This document shows positions 1-9,939 of a stretch of 64,000 nt of DNA, piece after piece. The position numbers and the translations under genes were made by a program. The DNA comes from an uncultured Sneathiellales bacterium (lineage in GTDB: Bacteria; Pseudomonadota; Alphaproteobacteria; CAYFNG01). The notes below the pieces were generated by a model. That model was not told the origin of the DNA. It ran no database searches and saw nothing but the letters and a program-made list of their open reading frames with translations. How positions within the stretch are numbered: the stretch's first letter is position 1; each line of letters opens with the position of its first letter. The DNA is taken from assembly GCA_964344385.1 (NCBI GenBank), contig CAYFNG010000004.1, positions 7,523 through 71,522 on the forward strand, written 5' to 3'.

Positions 1-757
1 TGACACAGGGGATCACCCGCTCGGCCGCGGCCCGCAGGATGCTCTGGCCGGTGCGGACCGAACCGGTGAATACGATGTGGTCGACGTCGGCGTGGGCCGC
101 CAGCGGCGCGCCGCATTCCTCGCCATAACCCGAGATGATGTTGACGGCACCCGCCGGCACGCCGGCACGGTCGCAGGCCTCGGCCAGGTAATAGCAGCTC
201 AGGGGCGACAGTTCGGGCGACTTCAAGACGACGGTGTTGCCGGTGGCCAGGGCGCAGGCGATCGACCGGGCCGCGATCTGTAGCGGGAAGTTCCACGGCA
301 CGATCTGAGCCGAGACGCCATAGGGCGCGGGCACCGTATAATCGACATAGCCGGCGCCCAGCGGGATCATCCGCCCCTCCAGCTTGTCGGTGGCGCCGCC
401 GTAATAAGTGAAGTAGCGCGACGCGGCCAGGGCTTCGTTCTTGCCACCGGCCAGGGTCTTGCCGTTGTCCAGGCATTCAACCAGGGCGATTTCTTCGGCC
501 AGTTCCACCATGTGGCGGCCGATCTCCATGACCATGGCACCGCGCGCCATGGGGCGCATGTCGATCAGCGCACGGCTTTCAAACGCCGTCCGTGCTGCCG
601 CGACCGCGGCGTCGACATCCGCGGCCGTGGCGCGCGCGATTTCCGCGATGGTTTCGCCGGTCGCCGGGTTCTCGACCGCAATCCGGCCGCCCGCCTCGGC
701 GTCGACCCAACGACCGCCGATATGATTCTGCCAATAGGTTCTGGGGAGTTCGGTCAT
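1..757 (-). CDS. NAD(P)-dependent aldehyde dehydrogenase, N-terminal ~252 aa (3' end lies beyond the window edge)
   Basis: Absent from the ORF track because it runs off the edge. My reverse-strand translation from ATG at 757 reads MTELPRTYWQNHIGGRWVDAEAGGRIAVENPATGE...IVPWNFPLQIAARSIACALATGNTVVLKSPELSP...HIVFTGSVRTGQSI. These are typical ALDH-superfamily blocks. Confidence 0.85.
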   Translation of the reverse strand, partial: MTELPRTYWQNHIGGRWVDAEAGGRIAVENPATGETIAEIARATAADVDAAVAAARTAFESRALIDMRPMARGAMVMEIGRHMVELAEEIALVECLDNGKTLAGGKNEALAASRYFTYYGGATDKLEGRMIPLGAGYVDYTVPAPYGVSAQIVPWNFPLQIAARSIACALATGNTVVLKSPELSPLSCYYLAEACDRAGVPAGAVNIISGYGEECGAPLAAHADVDHIVFTGSVRTGQSILRAAAERVIPCV

Positions 758-937
758 GTTCGCCTCCGACCGCTGTTTCGGCGCCATCTTACGCCGCTGG
801 ACGGCGGCGGCAATCGAAGAAATCGCCTGGGCCAAGAATTCCGCCCAGCGCGTTTTTCGGCGGGCAATTCCGATCCGTGCCCCTATATGTTGAGGAACGG
901 ACGACGCCGCGAGATCAACCAGAGACAGGTAAGGGCG

Positions 938-2173
938 ATGGCGGAAATTAGACCGATCGATGTTGCGGCCGATTGCAAGACGACGATCGACATTGTCGAT
1001 TGGCTGACCTGGGCCGGGCTGGAAGGCAACGACATCGGCGAGATCCTCAGCGGCCTGTGCGAACGGTTGCTGGCCAGCGGCACCATGCAGGTGTTTCGAG
1101 CCCATATCGCGGTCACCACGCTGCACCCGCAATTCGGCGGCTATGGCTTTACCTGGTGGCGTGACGGTGGCTTGTTGGAGCCCCAAGCCTATCCCCGGGC
1201 GGACTCCTATAACGACTCGTTCACCCGCAGCCCGTTCTACCACATGATCGACACCAAGACCTATCAGTTGCGGCGTCGCTTGACCGGCGCCGACGCCCAG
1301 GTCGACTTCCCGATCCTGGAGGAATTTCGCGACGCCGGCGCCACGGATTGGTATGCGGCGGCGTTTCCCTTTGTCTGGCGCGATGGGGGCGACGCCGAGG
1401 TGTCCGGCTTTGTCACCTCCTGGACGACCGATGCGCCCGACGGATTTGATTTCCTCACCCTGGCGCGGCTGCAGTCGATCCTGCAACTCATGGCCCTGGC
1501 GGTGAAGGCGGCCGCGACCTACACCATGGCGGAAGGTGTGTTGGCGACCTATATCGGCACCGACGTGGCGGAGCGGGTCCTGTCCGGTGGTATCGAGCGG
1601 GGCCGGGCCGAAACCCTGGACGCGGCCTTGTTCTACGCCGATTTGCGGGGGTTCACCCGGCTTGCCGACACCACGGAGCGTGGCCAACTGGTCCGCATGC
1701 TGGACCAGTATTTCGACCTGATCGTCGAACCGGTCCACCAGCGCGGCGGCCAGGTACTGAAATATCTGGGCGACGGCCTGCTGGCCACCTTCGACCTGTC
1801 GAGCGGCGATCGGGGTGATGTCTGCGGCCGCGCCCTGGCGGCGGCGCGTTCCGCCCATGAATCGATCGACCGGGTCAACCACCAAAGGCTGGCGGCCGGC
1901 GAGCCAACCATGACCTTGGACATCGCCCTGCACCTCGGCGAAGTGGTTTACGGCAATATCGGCGCCCGGGACCGCCTCGAATTCACCGTCATCGGCCCGG
2001 CCGTCAACGAGGCCAGCCGCATCGAGGCGCTGTGCGACCAGCTGGATGAGACCCTGGTGATGTCGGGAGCTTTCGCATCCGAGCTGGCGGCCCACGGCAC
2101 GCCGGTTCGCAGTCTTGGTGACCACACCCTGCGCGGCGTCAGAAAGGCTCAGGAACTGTTTGCGCCCGGCTAG
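938..2173 (+). CDS. Class III adenylate/guanylate cyclase with an N-terminal ~200-aa sensor domain of unknown type
   Basis: Start taken at ATG 938 (MAEIRPIDV). The upstream part of ORF 512-2173 is Arg/Pro-rich and antisense to the ALDH gene. Cyclase homology domain motifs: ALFYADLRGFTRLAD, LKYLGDGLLATF, IGPAVNEASRIE. Confidence 0.85.
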   Translation: MAEIRPIDVAADCKTTIDIVDWLTWAGLEGNDIGEILSGLCERLLASGTMQVFRAHIAVTTLHPQFGGYGFTWWRDGGLLEPQAYPRADSYNDSFTRSPFYHMIDTKTYQLRRRLTGADAQVDFPILEEFRDAGATDWYAAAFPFVWRDGGDAEVSGFVTSWTTDAPDGFDFLTLARLQSILQLMALAVKAAATYTMAEGVLATYIGTDVAERVLSGGIERGRAETLDAALFYADLRGFTRLADTTERGQLVRMLDQYFDLIVEPVHQRGGQVLKYLGDGLLATFDLSSGDRGDVCGRALAAARSAHESIDRVNHQRLAAGEPTMTLDIALHLGEVVYGNIGARDRLEFTVIGPAVNEASRIEALCDQLDETLVMSGAFASELAAHGTPVRSLGDHTLRGVRKAQELFAPG

Positions 2174-2207
2174 GGACCATCCCACAGAACCGGGAACGGC
2201 TTTACCT

Positions 2208-2936
2208 CTAGTCGCCGCCAACCACCTGCAGCACCGGCCGCCGCGTCCCGGCAAAGGGGTCCGGCTTGTTCGCCTTGTCGCGGTACATCGCACGATCGGC
2301 GTTGCGAAGCAGATCGTCCGGGTTGGTGCCGGCACCAAATTGAGCCACGCCGACGCTGGTGGTCGGTGAGATCGCGTGGCCATGATGACGGATCGACAGC
2401 TCGTTGACCTGGGCCTGGATACGGTCGATCCGTGCCTCGCCGGCGGTGCCCCGGACCTTGACCAGCACGATCGCGAATTCATCGCCGCCGATCCTGGCAG
2501 CCAGGTCGGTGGGGCGGATATTGTCCTTCAGCAGGCGGCCGACGCTGCGCAGCACCGCGTCACCGGCGGGATGTCCAAACCGGTCGTTGATGTCCTTGAA
2601 GTCATTGAGGTCGAACAGGGCCAGCAGGCCCCGTTCGTCATAGCGGTCCGCCGCCGACAAGGCCCGCCGCAGGAACTCGTTGAAACCGCGCAGATTGGCG
2701 ATCCCGGTCAGCTCGTCGGTGCTGGTCAGCGATTCCAGGTGGGCGATGCGGACCAGCTGGCGGGCCATGCGTTGCTCGGCTTCGGCCGCGAAGGCGAGGA
2801 TCTGGTGCACCAGGTCAAGCTCGCTACCCGTATTGTCCGAGTGGCCAAGCGATTGCAGCAAGCGGTCGGCAAGCGGTCCGACAAAGGGGCTTTGATCGAA
2901 ATCGATGGGGCTTTCGGGAAGCAGGTAACGCGTCAT
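2208..2936 (-). CDS. GGDEF-domain diguanylate cyclase
   Basis: DELTGIANLRGF...DLNDFKDINDRFGHPAGDAVL...RIGGDEFAIVL, with an intact GGDEF site. ATG at 2936 is preceded by AAGGAG. Confidence 0.85.
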   Translation of the reverse strand: MTRYLLPESPIDFDQSPFVGPLADRLLQSLGHSDNTGSELDLVHQILAFAAEAEQRMARQLVRIAHLESLTSTDELTGIANLRGFNEFLRRALSAADRYDERGLLALFDLNDFKDINDRFGHPAGDAVLRSVGRLLKDNIRPTDLAARIGGDEFAIVLVKVRGTAGEARIDRIQAQVNELSIRHHGHAISPTTSVGVAQFGAGTNPDDLLRNADRAMYRDKANKPDPFAGTRRPVLQVVGGD

Positions 2937-3247
2937 TCGGCGTGTCTCCTTTGCGCCAGGCGGGGTTGCGGGCTCCACCCGCGGCGGGGACAGTGGGGTA
3001 AATCCAGCTATGGTCTGGCAAGGGTTGTGCCAGCGTGGGATTGGCGGAATTCAGCGAAAAACCACTTTGGAGTCCTGGGTAATTCCTGCCGCCGGGGCGG
3101 AACCGGGGTCGGAGTTGGGAAAAAGTTGCCGGATCGCGCCGGGTCGGCTATTCAGGCAGGGTGTCGGCGGGCACCAAAGCGGGAACCGCCCTTTAATTCC
3201 TGCAGCGGCTGGTTAGGGAAGACATCGACCGGGGAGTCATAAGCGTG

Positions 3248-4054
3248 ATGAAAAACTGCTTGCGTTTGTTTTTTTGGACAGCAATCGCCACGATTGTTTC
3301 CCTGTCGGCTGCCACGGCCGGGTCGTTCCCGTTGGTGCCGCACCGGGCGGTCTACGATCTCAGGTTGGGCGGCAACTCGGCTGGTCAGATCCTGGGTCTG
3401 CGCGGTCGGCTGGTGTCGGAACTGGAAAGCAGTTGCGATGGGCATATCACCAATTGGCGGATGGTGACGGTGATCAGCCGCGATCGCCAGGAAATCCTCT
3501 CCGATATCCGGGTCGCGACCTGGGAATCCCTCGACCTGACCGAGTTCCGGTTCGATATCGAAAGCACGGTCAACGGTAGCGACGCCGAGGTTCATGCCGG
3601 CCGGGCCGAACTGGACAGCCGCGGCGGTCCCGGGCGCGTGTCCATCGACCAGCCGGAGGAGGCCGAAATGGACCTTCCCGCTGGCACGGTGTTTCAATAC
3701 GAGCTTTCGGAAATCCTGGTCAAACGCGCCCTGGCCGGCGAGCGGTTCCTGACCTTGACCCAATATGACGGTACCGGCACGGACGGCCTGCAGACTGTCA
3801 GTGCGTTCATCGGAAAGCCGCGTCCGCCGGAAGCCGCGGAGCAAGAGGTGATGAAACCGCTCAGCGGCATGACCGCTTGGCCGATCAAGCTTGCCTTCTT
3901 CCCGGCCAAGGAACGCAGCGAGACCCCGGACCAGACCGTTGACGTGATCCTGTTCGAAAACGGCGTCGCCACCGAACTGACCTTCGACTATGGCGATTTT
4001 TCGATCGTGGGCGAGATCACCAACCTCGACATGGCCGATGTCCCGAGCTGTTGA
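3248..4054 (+). CDS. Secreted DUF1849/EipB-like envelope-integrity protein
   Basis: Signal peptide MKNCLRLFFWTAIATIVSLSAATAGS. The overall pattern (AVYDLRLG..., ...FDYGDFSI...) resembles the alphaproteobacterial DUF1849/EipB family as I recall it. Confidence 0.65.
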   Translation: MKNCLRLFFWTAIATIVSLSAATAGSFPLVPHRAVYDLRLGGNSAGQILGLRGRLVSELESSCDGHITNWRMVTVISRDRQEILSDIRVATWESLDLTEFRFDIESTVNGSDAEVHAGRAELDSRGGPGRVSIDQPEEAEMDLPAGTVFQYELSEILVKRALAGERFLTLTQYDGTGTDGLQTVSAFIGKPRPPEAAEQEVMKPLSGMTAWPIKLAFFPAKERSETPDQTVDVILFENGVATELTFDYGDFSIVGEITNLDMADVPSC

Positions 4055-4259
4055 GTAACCGCAACCCCGTTTTCCGGTTGCGATATCGGCATCTCGCCGC
4101 CGAGGTTCACGCCTTAAGGCGGCAAGCAACGATCCATGATGATGCGGCCGTCGATCCGACTGGATCGGGCCCATGTGGCTGTTCTTTATGCTTACAAATA
4201 GATGTTTACGGATTGACGCTTGAAAAGACGTGGCGTTTTGGTGTTGGGTATCAGATGCC

Positions 4260-7200
4260 ATGTCGCTGAAAATCCGAACCTACAGCCTGATTGCGATCTG
4301 GGGCACAGCGATCGTGATCTCGGCGTTGTTCGGTGTCATGCTCTATCAGGTGCAAAAGAAGGAATTCATGGCCGGCGTCGACGACAAGCTGGTCAGCGGC
4401 GCCTTGATGGCGCGGGGCATGCTGGGGCCGAACTACCACGACAGAATCACCGGCCAAGGGTCGGTTTCCCAAGAAGAGTTCCGGGCCATCGTGGGTCGCT
4501 TCAACGAGATCTGCCTGGCGACCGGCTACCAATATCTGTGGAGCAACCTGTTTCTCGACGACGGCACCGTCGTCTTCACCAGCGCCACGTCGACCAGCAA
4601 AGACGTTAACAACGGCGACTACGCCGCGTTTTTCGACGTGCACTCGGACCCGGGCGCCTTCCAGCCGGTCAAGCTTGCCAACCAACAGACGTTTTCGACG
4701 TTTCAGAATGAGTGGGGCGCCGGCCGCATGGTGCTGATCCCCTACCAGGACCAGCGCGGCCGGACCTATGTATTCGGCGCCAGCATTTCAGTCGAGGAAT
4801 TGGGCGCCAGGCTGCGCGAGACCGCCTTGCAATCCCTTCTCTTGTTCCTTGCCATTCTCGGCCTGGGAACCATTGCCAGCTTCCTGTTGTCGCGGCTGCT
4901 GACCACCCCACTGGGCAGGCTTGCCAGGGTCGCCGATGCGGTCTCCAAGGGCGATTACGAGCAAAAGGCGGCAGGTATAACCAGGGTGCGTGAGTTGGCG
5001 GTCCTGGCCGATGTGCTGAACTCGATCAGCGACAATGTTGCGGCCCGCAAGATGGCGGAAGACAGGTCGATCGAAAACGAAAAGGCGCTGCGACATCAGG
5101 AACGGTTCCTCGATCAGATCCTGGAAAACCTGCCGCATATGGTGTTTGTCAAGGATGCCAAGAACCTGTCCTTTGTTCATTTCAATAAGGCCGGCGAAGA
5201 ATTAATCGGGGTGCCGCGCAGCGAGTTGATCGGCAAAAGCGATCGGGACTTTTTCCCACCGGATCAGGCGGAGTTTTTCAACCGGAAGGACTGGGAGGTT
5301 CTCGCCAGCCATAGCCCGCTCGATATTCCGCAGGAACCGATCGAGTCCAAGACCCTGGGAAGCCGAATTCTGCATACCCGGAAAATTGGGATCTACGACG
5401 ACAATGGCGAAGCGGAATACCTGCTGGGCGTTTCCGAGGACATTACCGAAAAGATCGCGACCGAGGAGGCGCTGGAACGGGCGCAAAGCATTGCCCGGAT
5501 CGGCAGCTGGACGTTGGACACAACAACCGGGAGCCTCACCTGGTCGGACGAAGTGTTTCGGATTTTCGGCCTCGATCCGAGTGAATTTGGTGCCAGTTAC
5601 CTGGCGTTCCTGGATGCTGTCCATCCCGATGATCGCGAAATGGTCATTAGGGAATACACCGAAGCACTCAAAGGCCTTAAGCCATACGATATCGAGCATC
5701 GCATTTTTCGCCAAGACACTGGCGAGGTCCGCTGGGTTCACGAGCGCTGTGAACATGTCCGCGATGAAAGCGGCAAGGCACTGCAATCCCACGGTACCGT
5801 TCAGGATATTACCGAGCGCAAGCAGGCGGAAGAGGCTCTGAAGGAAAGCGAAAACCGCCTGGAGACGCTAACCCAGATTGCGCCGGTCGGTGTGTTCTAC
5901 GCGGACGCAAACGGCCATGGCACCTATGTCAACGAACAGGTGCAACGCATTTGCGGCCTGTCGGCCGAGGCGACCAAGGGCATGGGATGGGCCCGAGCGT
6001 TGCATCCCGACGATGCGGATCGGGTTATCGAGGAATGGTCTGCTGCCGTCGCCAACGCCACGCCCTGGCATTCCGAGTTCAGGTTCCGCCGGGCCGACGG
6101 CGTCGAGACCTGGGTGATTGGCCAGGCAACGCCATGGTTTGGCGCCGAAGGCGAGCACACCGGTTTTGCCGGGACCCTGACCGACATCACCCGCCGCAAG
6201 CAAACCGAAGAGGCCTTGGTGCGGGTTCAGAAGATGCAGGCAGTCGGCCAGTTGACCGGCGGAATTGCCCATGATTTCAACAATCTGCTGGCGGTTATTC
6301 AAGGCAATGCCGAATTGCTGGCCGAAGGCGATACGGACAATGCGGCGTTTGTTGCGCCGATCATCAAGGCGTCTGAACGAGGCGCCGAGCTGACCCATCG
6401 CTTGCTGGCATTTTCCCGCCGTCAGCCGCTGCACCCAAGGGCCTTTGACCTAGCGGCCCTGGTCGACGACACCTTGGATATGTTGGTGCGGACCTTGCGC
6501 GAAACCATCGAGATCAAGACAAGCGCGGAACCGGGTCTTTGGCCGGTGCTGGCCGACCCGGGCCAGGTGCAGAATGCCTTGTTGAACTTGGCGATCAATG
6601 CCCGGGACGCCATGCCCGCCGGAGGCACATTAACGATCAATTGTGCCAATATCGGTGTCGGCGAGGGGGGCGAATTTATTGAGTTATCCGTCACCGACAC
6701 CGGTTTCGGCATGACGGAAGAGCAGTTGGCCCGGGCTTTTGAGCCGTTTTACACCACCAAGGATGTCGGCAAGGGCAGCGGACTGGGTCTGTCCATGGTT
6801 TACGGTTTTGCACAGCAGTCCGGCGGGCGGGTTTCGATCGAAAGTGAATTGGACGTCGGCACCGCGGTCAGGCTGCTGCTGCCCCGGGCGGACGTCATGC
6901 ACCAACCGGAGGCCGAATCCGAGGGTATAACCGTGCCGCTGGGCCACGGTGAAAAGATCCTGGTGGTTGAAGACGAGGACGAAGTCAGGGACCTGGTCGT
7001 CAGGATGCTCGAAGGGCTGGATTATTTCGTGGTCGACGTTGCCAATGCCAATCAAGCCCGCGAGGCACTGCAAGGCAGCGTGCGTTTTGACTTGCTGCTC
7101 TCCGACATCGTTTTGCCGGGCGGGATCAGCGGTCCTCAGTTCGTCTCGTTGCTACGGAAGTCGCACCCTGGTCTGAAGATCATTTTCATGTCGGGCTACG

Positions 7201-7310
7201 CCGAGGAAGCCCCGACCGAATCCATACACCCCGGCGCGGCTGATTTTATATTGGACAAGCCGTTCCGACGCCGAACCCTGGCCGAAGCCCTGCGGTCGGT
7301 GCTGGACTGA
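4260..7310 (+). CDS. Hybrid sensor histidine kinase (periplasmic sensor, TM, HAMP, three PAS, HisKA, HATPase, C-terminal receiver)
   Basis: Two TM segments (LIAIWGTAIVISALFGVMLY, LLLFLAILGLGTIASFLL). Three PAS-like repeats each end in ..DITERK/DITRRK. H-box GGIAHDFNNLL. ATPase blocks NLAINARDAM, DTGFGM, GSGLGLSMV. Receiver KILVVEDEDEVR...LLLSDIVLPGG. Confidence 0.9.
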   Translation: MSLKIRTYSLIAIWGTAIVISALFGVMLYQVQKKEFMAGVDDKLVSGALMARGMLGPNYHDRITGQGSVSQEEFRAIVGRFNEICLATGYQYLWSNLFLDDGTVVFTSATSTSKDVNNGDYAAFFDVHSDPGAFQPVKLANQQTFSTFQNEWGAGRMVLIPYQDQRGRTYVFGASISVEELGARLRETALQSLLLFLAILGLGTIASFLLSRLLTTPLGRLARVADAVSKGDYEQKAAGITRVRELAVLADVLNSISDNVAARKMAEDRSIENEKALRHQERFLDQILENLPHMVFVKDAKNLSFVHFNKAGEELIGVPRSELIGKSDRDFFPPDQAEFFNRKDWEVLASHSPLDIPQEPIESKTLGSRILHTRKIGIYDDNGEAEYLLGVSEDITEKIATEEALERAQSIARIGSWTLDTTTGSLTWSDEVFRIFGLDPSEFGASYLAFLDAVHPDDREMVIREYTEALKGLKPYDIEHRIFRQDTGEVRWVHERCEHVRDESGKALQSHGTVQDITERKQAEEALKESENRLETLTQIAPVGVFYADANGHGTYVNEQVQRICGLSAEATKGMGWARALHPDDADRVIEEWSAAVANATPWHSEFRFRRADGVETWVIGQATPWFGAEGEHTGFAGTLTDITRRKQTEEALVRVQKMQAVGQLTGGIAHDFNNLLAVIQGNAELLAEGDTDNAAFVAPIIKASERGAELTHRLLAFSRRQPLHPRAFDLAALVDDTLDMLVRTLRETIEIKTSAEPGLWPVLADPGQVQNALLNLAINARDAMPAGGTLTINCANIGVGEGGEFIELSVTDTGFGMTEEQLARAFEPFYTTKDVGKGSGLGLSMVYGFAQQSGGRVSIESELDVGTAVRLLLPRADVMHQPEAESEGITVPLGHGEKILVVEDEDEVRDLVVRMLEGLDYFVVDVANANQAREALQGSVRFDLLLSDIVLPGGISGPQFVSLLRKSHPGLKIIFMSGYAEEAPTESIHPGAADFILDKPFRRRTLAEALRSVLD

Positions 7311-7398
7311 GGGCGGCCCATCGGAATTCCGGATTGGCCGCGAAATTGCACTGCTTTGGTGAGGCGCGTTGTTTTGTCTCAAAACGAGAAGGTGCAAG

Positions 7399-7638
7399 AT
7401 GAACGGGGATCGTGCGGAATTGCTCTATGGCGGCTTGACCGATCAGCAGCTCAAGCAGATTGAGGGCCGCTACCGCGAGATGGACGATGTCCTGAAGCTG
7501 GTCGAAGCCATTCGCTATCAGCGCGGTGTGCTGAAAATCCTGCGCGGCAGTTGCAATCATCTGCGGCAGACCGTTACCGAGTTGCGCCATCGGCAAAAAC
7601 TCGATGCCATGGTATTCGACACGTCCCGCCCCAACTGA
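7399..7638 (+). CDS. Hypothetical small protein (79 aa)
   Basis: ORF with GAGAAGG 6 nt upstream of ATG 7399. Predicted helical (MNGDRAELLYGGLTDQQLKQIEGRYREMDDVLKLVEAIRYQRG). No family recognised. Confidence 0.3.
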   Translation: MNGDRAELLYGGLTDQQLKQIEGRYREMDDVLKLVEAIRYQRGVLKILRGSCNHLRQTVTELRHRQKLDAMVFDTSRPN

Positions 7639-7647
7639 ACCGACCGT

Positions 7648-8931
7648 TCAGGTTTTCCTGACACCAAGACCCCGGCCGCGGCCGATCGCTTTGGTCCCGA
7701 ACCTGTCGCGAACCGCATCAATGGTGCGTTCGATCCTGTCCAGCCGGCTGGTATCGTCGCCCAACAGGTCGGATTGTCCGCTGCGCCCCTCATTGAAGCC
7801 TGAAACCCCAATTCCGATCAGCCGATAGGCCGTACCCTTGGCCTCACCGCTGAGCAGCGCCTTGCCGGCGCGAAAGATCACTTCGGCCAATTGGGTTGGC
7901 TGCGGCAGATGCTGCTGGCGGGTGAGCAGGCGAAAGTCCCTGGTCTTCAGCTTCAGGGTGACCGTCGATCCCGCCAAGTCGCGGGCCTTGAGGCGACTGG
8001 CGACGGTTTCGCACAAGGGCCACAGGCGGGTCTCCAACCGTTCAGCGTCGGCAAGGTCGTCGGCAAAGGTGGTTTCGGCCGACACGCTCTTGGCTTCTGA
8101 AACCGGTTGGACCTTGCGGGAGTCGTTGCCATGGGAGAATGCGTATAGGCGCCGGCCCATGGTGCCGTAGCGTGCGACCAGCGATTCTTCGCTGCGCTCC
8201 TGCAACTGCCCGATGCGGGTAATGCCGTCGGATGCAAGTTTGGCCCGCATTGCCTTGCCGACCCCGAAAATGTCGGAAACCGGCCGCGGCGCCAGGAATT
8301 CCATGGCCTCGGCTCGGCCGATCACGGCAAAGCCGCGCGGCTTGTCCAGGTCCGAGGCGAGCTTGGCCATGGACTTGTTGTAGCTGAGACCGATCGACGC
8401 GGTAATGCCGATATCCGTTTCGATTTGGCACACCAGCGCCGCCAGTGTTTCGGCCGCCGAACGACCGTGCAGCCGCTCGGTACCGGTCAGGTCCAGAAAG
8501 GCCTCGTCCAGCGACAGTGGCTCGACCAGTGGCGTGACCTGGCGCATCATCTCCCGCACCTGGCGGCCGACCGCGCTGTATTTCCGCATGTTCGGCGGCA
8601 CGACCACCGCTTCGGGGCAGCGTTTCAGGGCTTCGAACATTGGCATGGCCGAATGGATCCCGTTCATCCGGGCGATGTAGCAGGCGGTGCTGACCACACC
8701 GCGTTTGCGGCCGCCGACGATCACCGGCTTGTCACGCAGGCCGGGGTCGTCGCGTTTCTCAATCGCCGCATAGAAGGCGTCGCAGTCGATGTGGGCGATG
8801 GTCAAACGGTCCAGTTCGGGATGGCTGATCAGGCGAGGCGAACCGCAGGCGTGGCAGCGCTCGGCGTCACGCACCGGCTCGGTCTGCCTGGGCCGTGGTG
8901 CCAGGCAGTCGCGACAGAAACCGAAGCTCAT
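7648..8931 (-). CDS. dinB: DNA polymerase IV (Y-family) with an N-terminal CxxC...CxxC zinc-ribbon extension
   Basis: IAHIDCDAFYAAIEKRDDPGLRDKPVIVGG...SLDEAFLDLTG...GITASIGLSYNKSMAKLASDLDKP. The start is either 8931 (MSFGFCRDC, abutting the upstream stop) or 8952. Confidence 0.9.
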   Translation of the reverse strand: MSFGFCRDCLAPRPRQTEPVRDAERCHACGSPRLISHPELDRLTIAHIDCDAFYAAIEKRDDPGLRDKPVIVGGRKRGVVSTACYIARMNGIHSAMPMFEALKRCPEAVVVPPNMRKYSAVGRQVREMMRQVTPLVEPLSLDEAFLDLTGTERLHGRSAAETLAALVCQIETDIGITASIGLSYNKSMAKLASDLDKPRGFAVIGRAEAMEFLAPRPVSDIFGVGKAMRAKLASDGITRIGQLQERSEESLVARYGTMGRRLYAFSHGNDSRKVQPVSEAKSVSAETTFADDLADAERLETRLWPLCETVASRLKARDLAGSTVTLKLKTRDFRLLTRQQHLPQPTQLAEVIFRAGKALLSGEAKGTAYRLIGIGVSGFNEGRSGQSDLLGDDTSRLDRIERTIDAVRDRFGTKAIGRGRGLGVRKT

Positions 8932-9848
8932 GACGGGGAATTGGCCGGCCACAGCCAGGCTGCGCCGCGCACGCCGCTGGAATCGCCATGCTTGGCCTTG
9001 ACCAGCGGTGTGACGATCTGTTCGGAGAAGGCGTAGGGCTGCCAGAATTTGGGCACCTCGACATAGACCATATCGATGTTCGAGACACCGCCGCCCAGCA
9101 CGATCACGTCGGGATCCAGCACGTTGACCATCGACGCAAGGGCACGGGCCAATCGGTCGACATATCGCGCCATGGTACGGGCCGCCAATCGATCACCGTT
9201 CCTCGCAGCCTTGGCGATGGCGCCGGCGTCACCGCTGCCGCCGCGTTGCCGGTGATCACGCGCGATGGCCGGTCCTGAGAGGAAGGTTTCGATACAGCCG
9301 GACTTGCCGCAATAGCAGCTTGGGCCAGGCGTCTCGTCACGCTCCGGCCAGGGCAGGGGGTTGTGACCCCACTCCCCGGCGATCGCGTTGGCACCCTCGA
9401 TCGCCTGGCCTCCAATAACGATGCCGGCGCCGCAGCCGGTGCCAAGAATGACGCCAAAGACGCTGTTGGCGCCAGCCGCCGCGCCGTCGGTCGCTTCAGA
9501 TAACGCGAAACAATTGGCGTCGTTGGCCAGGCGCACCGGCCGGTCCAGCGCGGCAGCCAGGTCCCTGGCCAACGGTTTGCCGATCAGCCAGACCGAATTT
9601 GCGTTCTGGATCAGCCCGGTTGCCGGCGACACCGACCCGGGGATGGCAATTCCGACACTGCCCTGCATCCCCAACTCCGCCTCGGCTTCGCGTACCAGGC
9701 CCGTCACCATGTCGATCGTGGCGGTATAGTTGCCCCGCGGCGAGGGGATACGGCGGCGCAGGAGTTCCCGACCGTCGTCGGCAAGCGCCACGATTTCGGT
9801 TTTTGTGCCGCCCATATCGACGCCCAGCCTTACGCCCGTGTTGTTCAT
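8928..9848 (-). CDS. ROK-family sugar kinase (N-acetylglucosamine kinase / fructokinase-like)
   Basis: LGVDMGGTKTEIVAL ATP-binding N-terminus. ROK signature with zinc cysteines: GEWGHNPLP...PSCYCGKSGCIETFLSG. Confidence 0.85.
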   Translation of the reverse strand: MNNTGVRLGVDMGGTKTEIVALADDGRELLRRRIPSPRGNYTATIDMVTGLVREAEAELGMQGSVGIAIPGSVSPATGLIQNANSVWLIGKPLARDLAAALDRPVRLANDANCFALSEATDGAAAGANSVFGVILGTGCGAGIVIGGQAIEGANAIAGEWGHNPLPWPERDETPGPSCYCGKSGCIETFLSGPAIARDHRQRGGSGDAGAIAKAARNGDRLAARTMARYVDRLARALASMVNVLDPDVIVLGGGVSNIDMVYVEVPKFWQPYAFSEQIVTPLVKAKHGDSSGVRGAAWLWPANSPS

Positions 9849-9939
9849 ACCACACCGCCCGAAACTGGCTGAAAAAATGGAATCGCGGTTGCCCTTGGCA
9901 CCGGGCGGATCATAACACGTAACCGGCAGTTCAGGGCAT

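Noticed and set aside
512-937. N-terminal 142 codons of ORF 512-2173 as part of the cyclase
   Set aside because: This stretch overlaps the aldehyde dehydrogenase gene on the opposite strand and is Arg/Pro-rich. Cyclase-family similarity and a plausible start begin at 938.
3152-4261. 369-aa minus-strand ORF
   Set aside because: It is antisense to the DUF1849/EipB-like gene, which has a clear signal peptide and start context. The minus-strand product has no motifs.
7311-7345. Imperfect palindrome gcggcccatcggaattccggattggccgc after the hybrid kinase gene, as a possible terminator
   Set aside because: The inner and outer stems are out of register, so a bulge is required, and there is no U-tract. 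It is too uncertain to list as a terminator.
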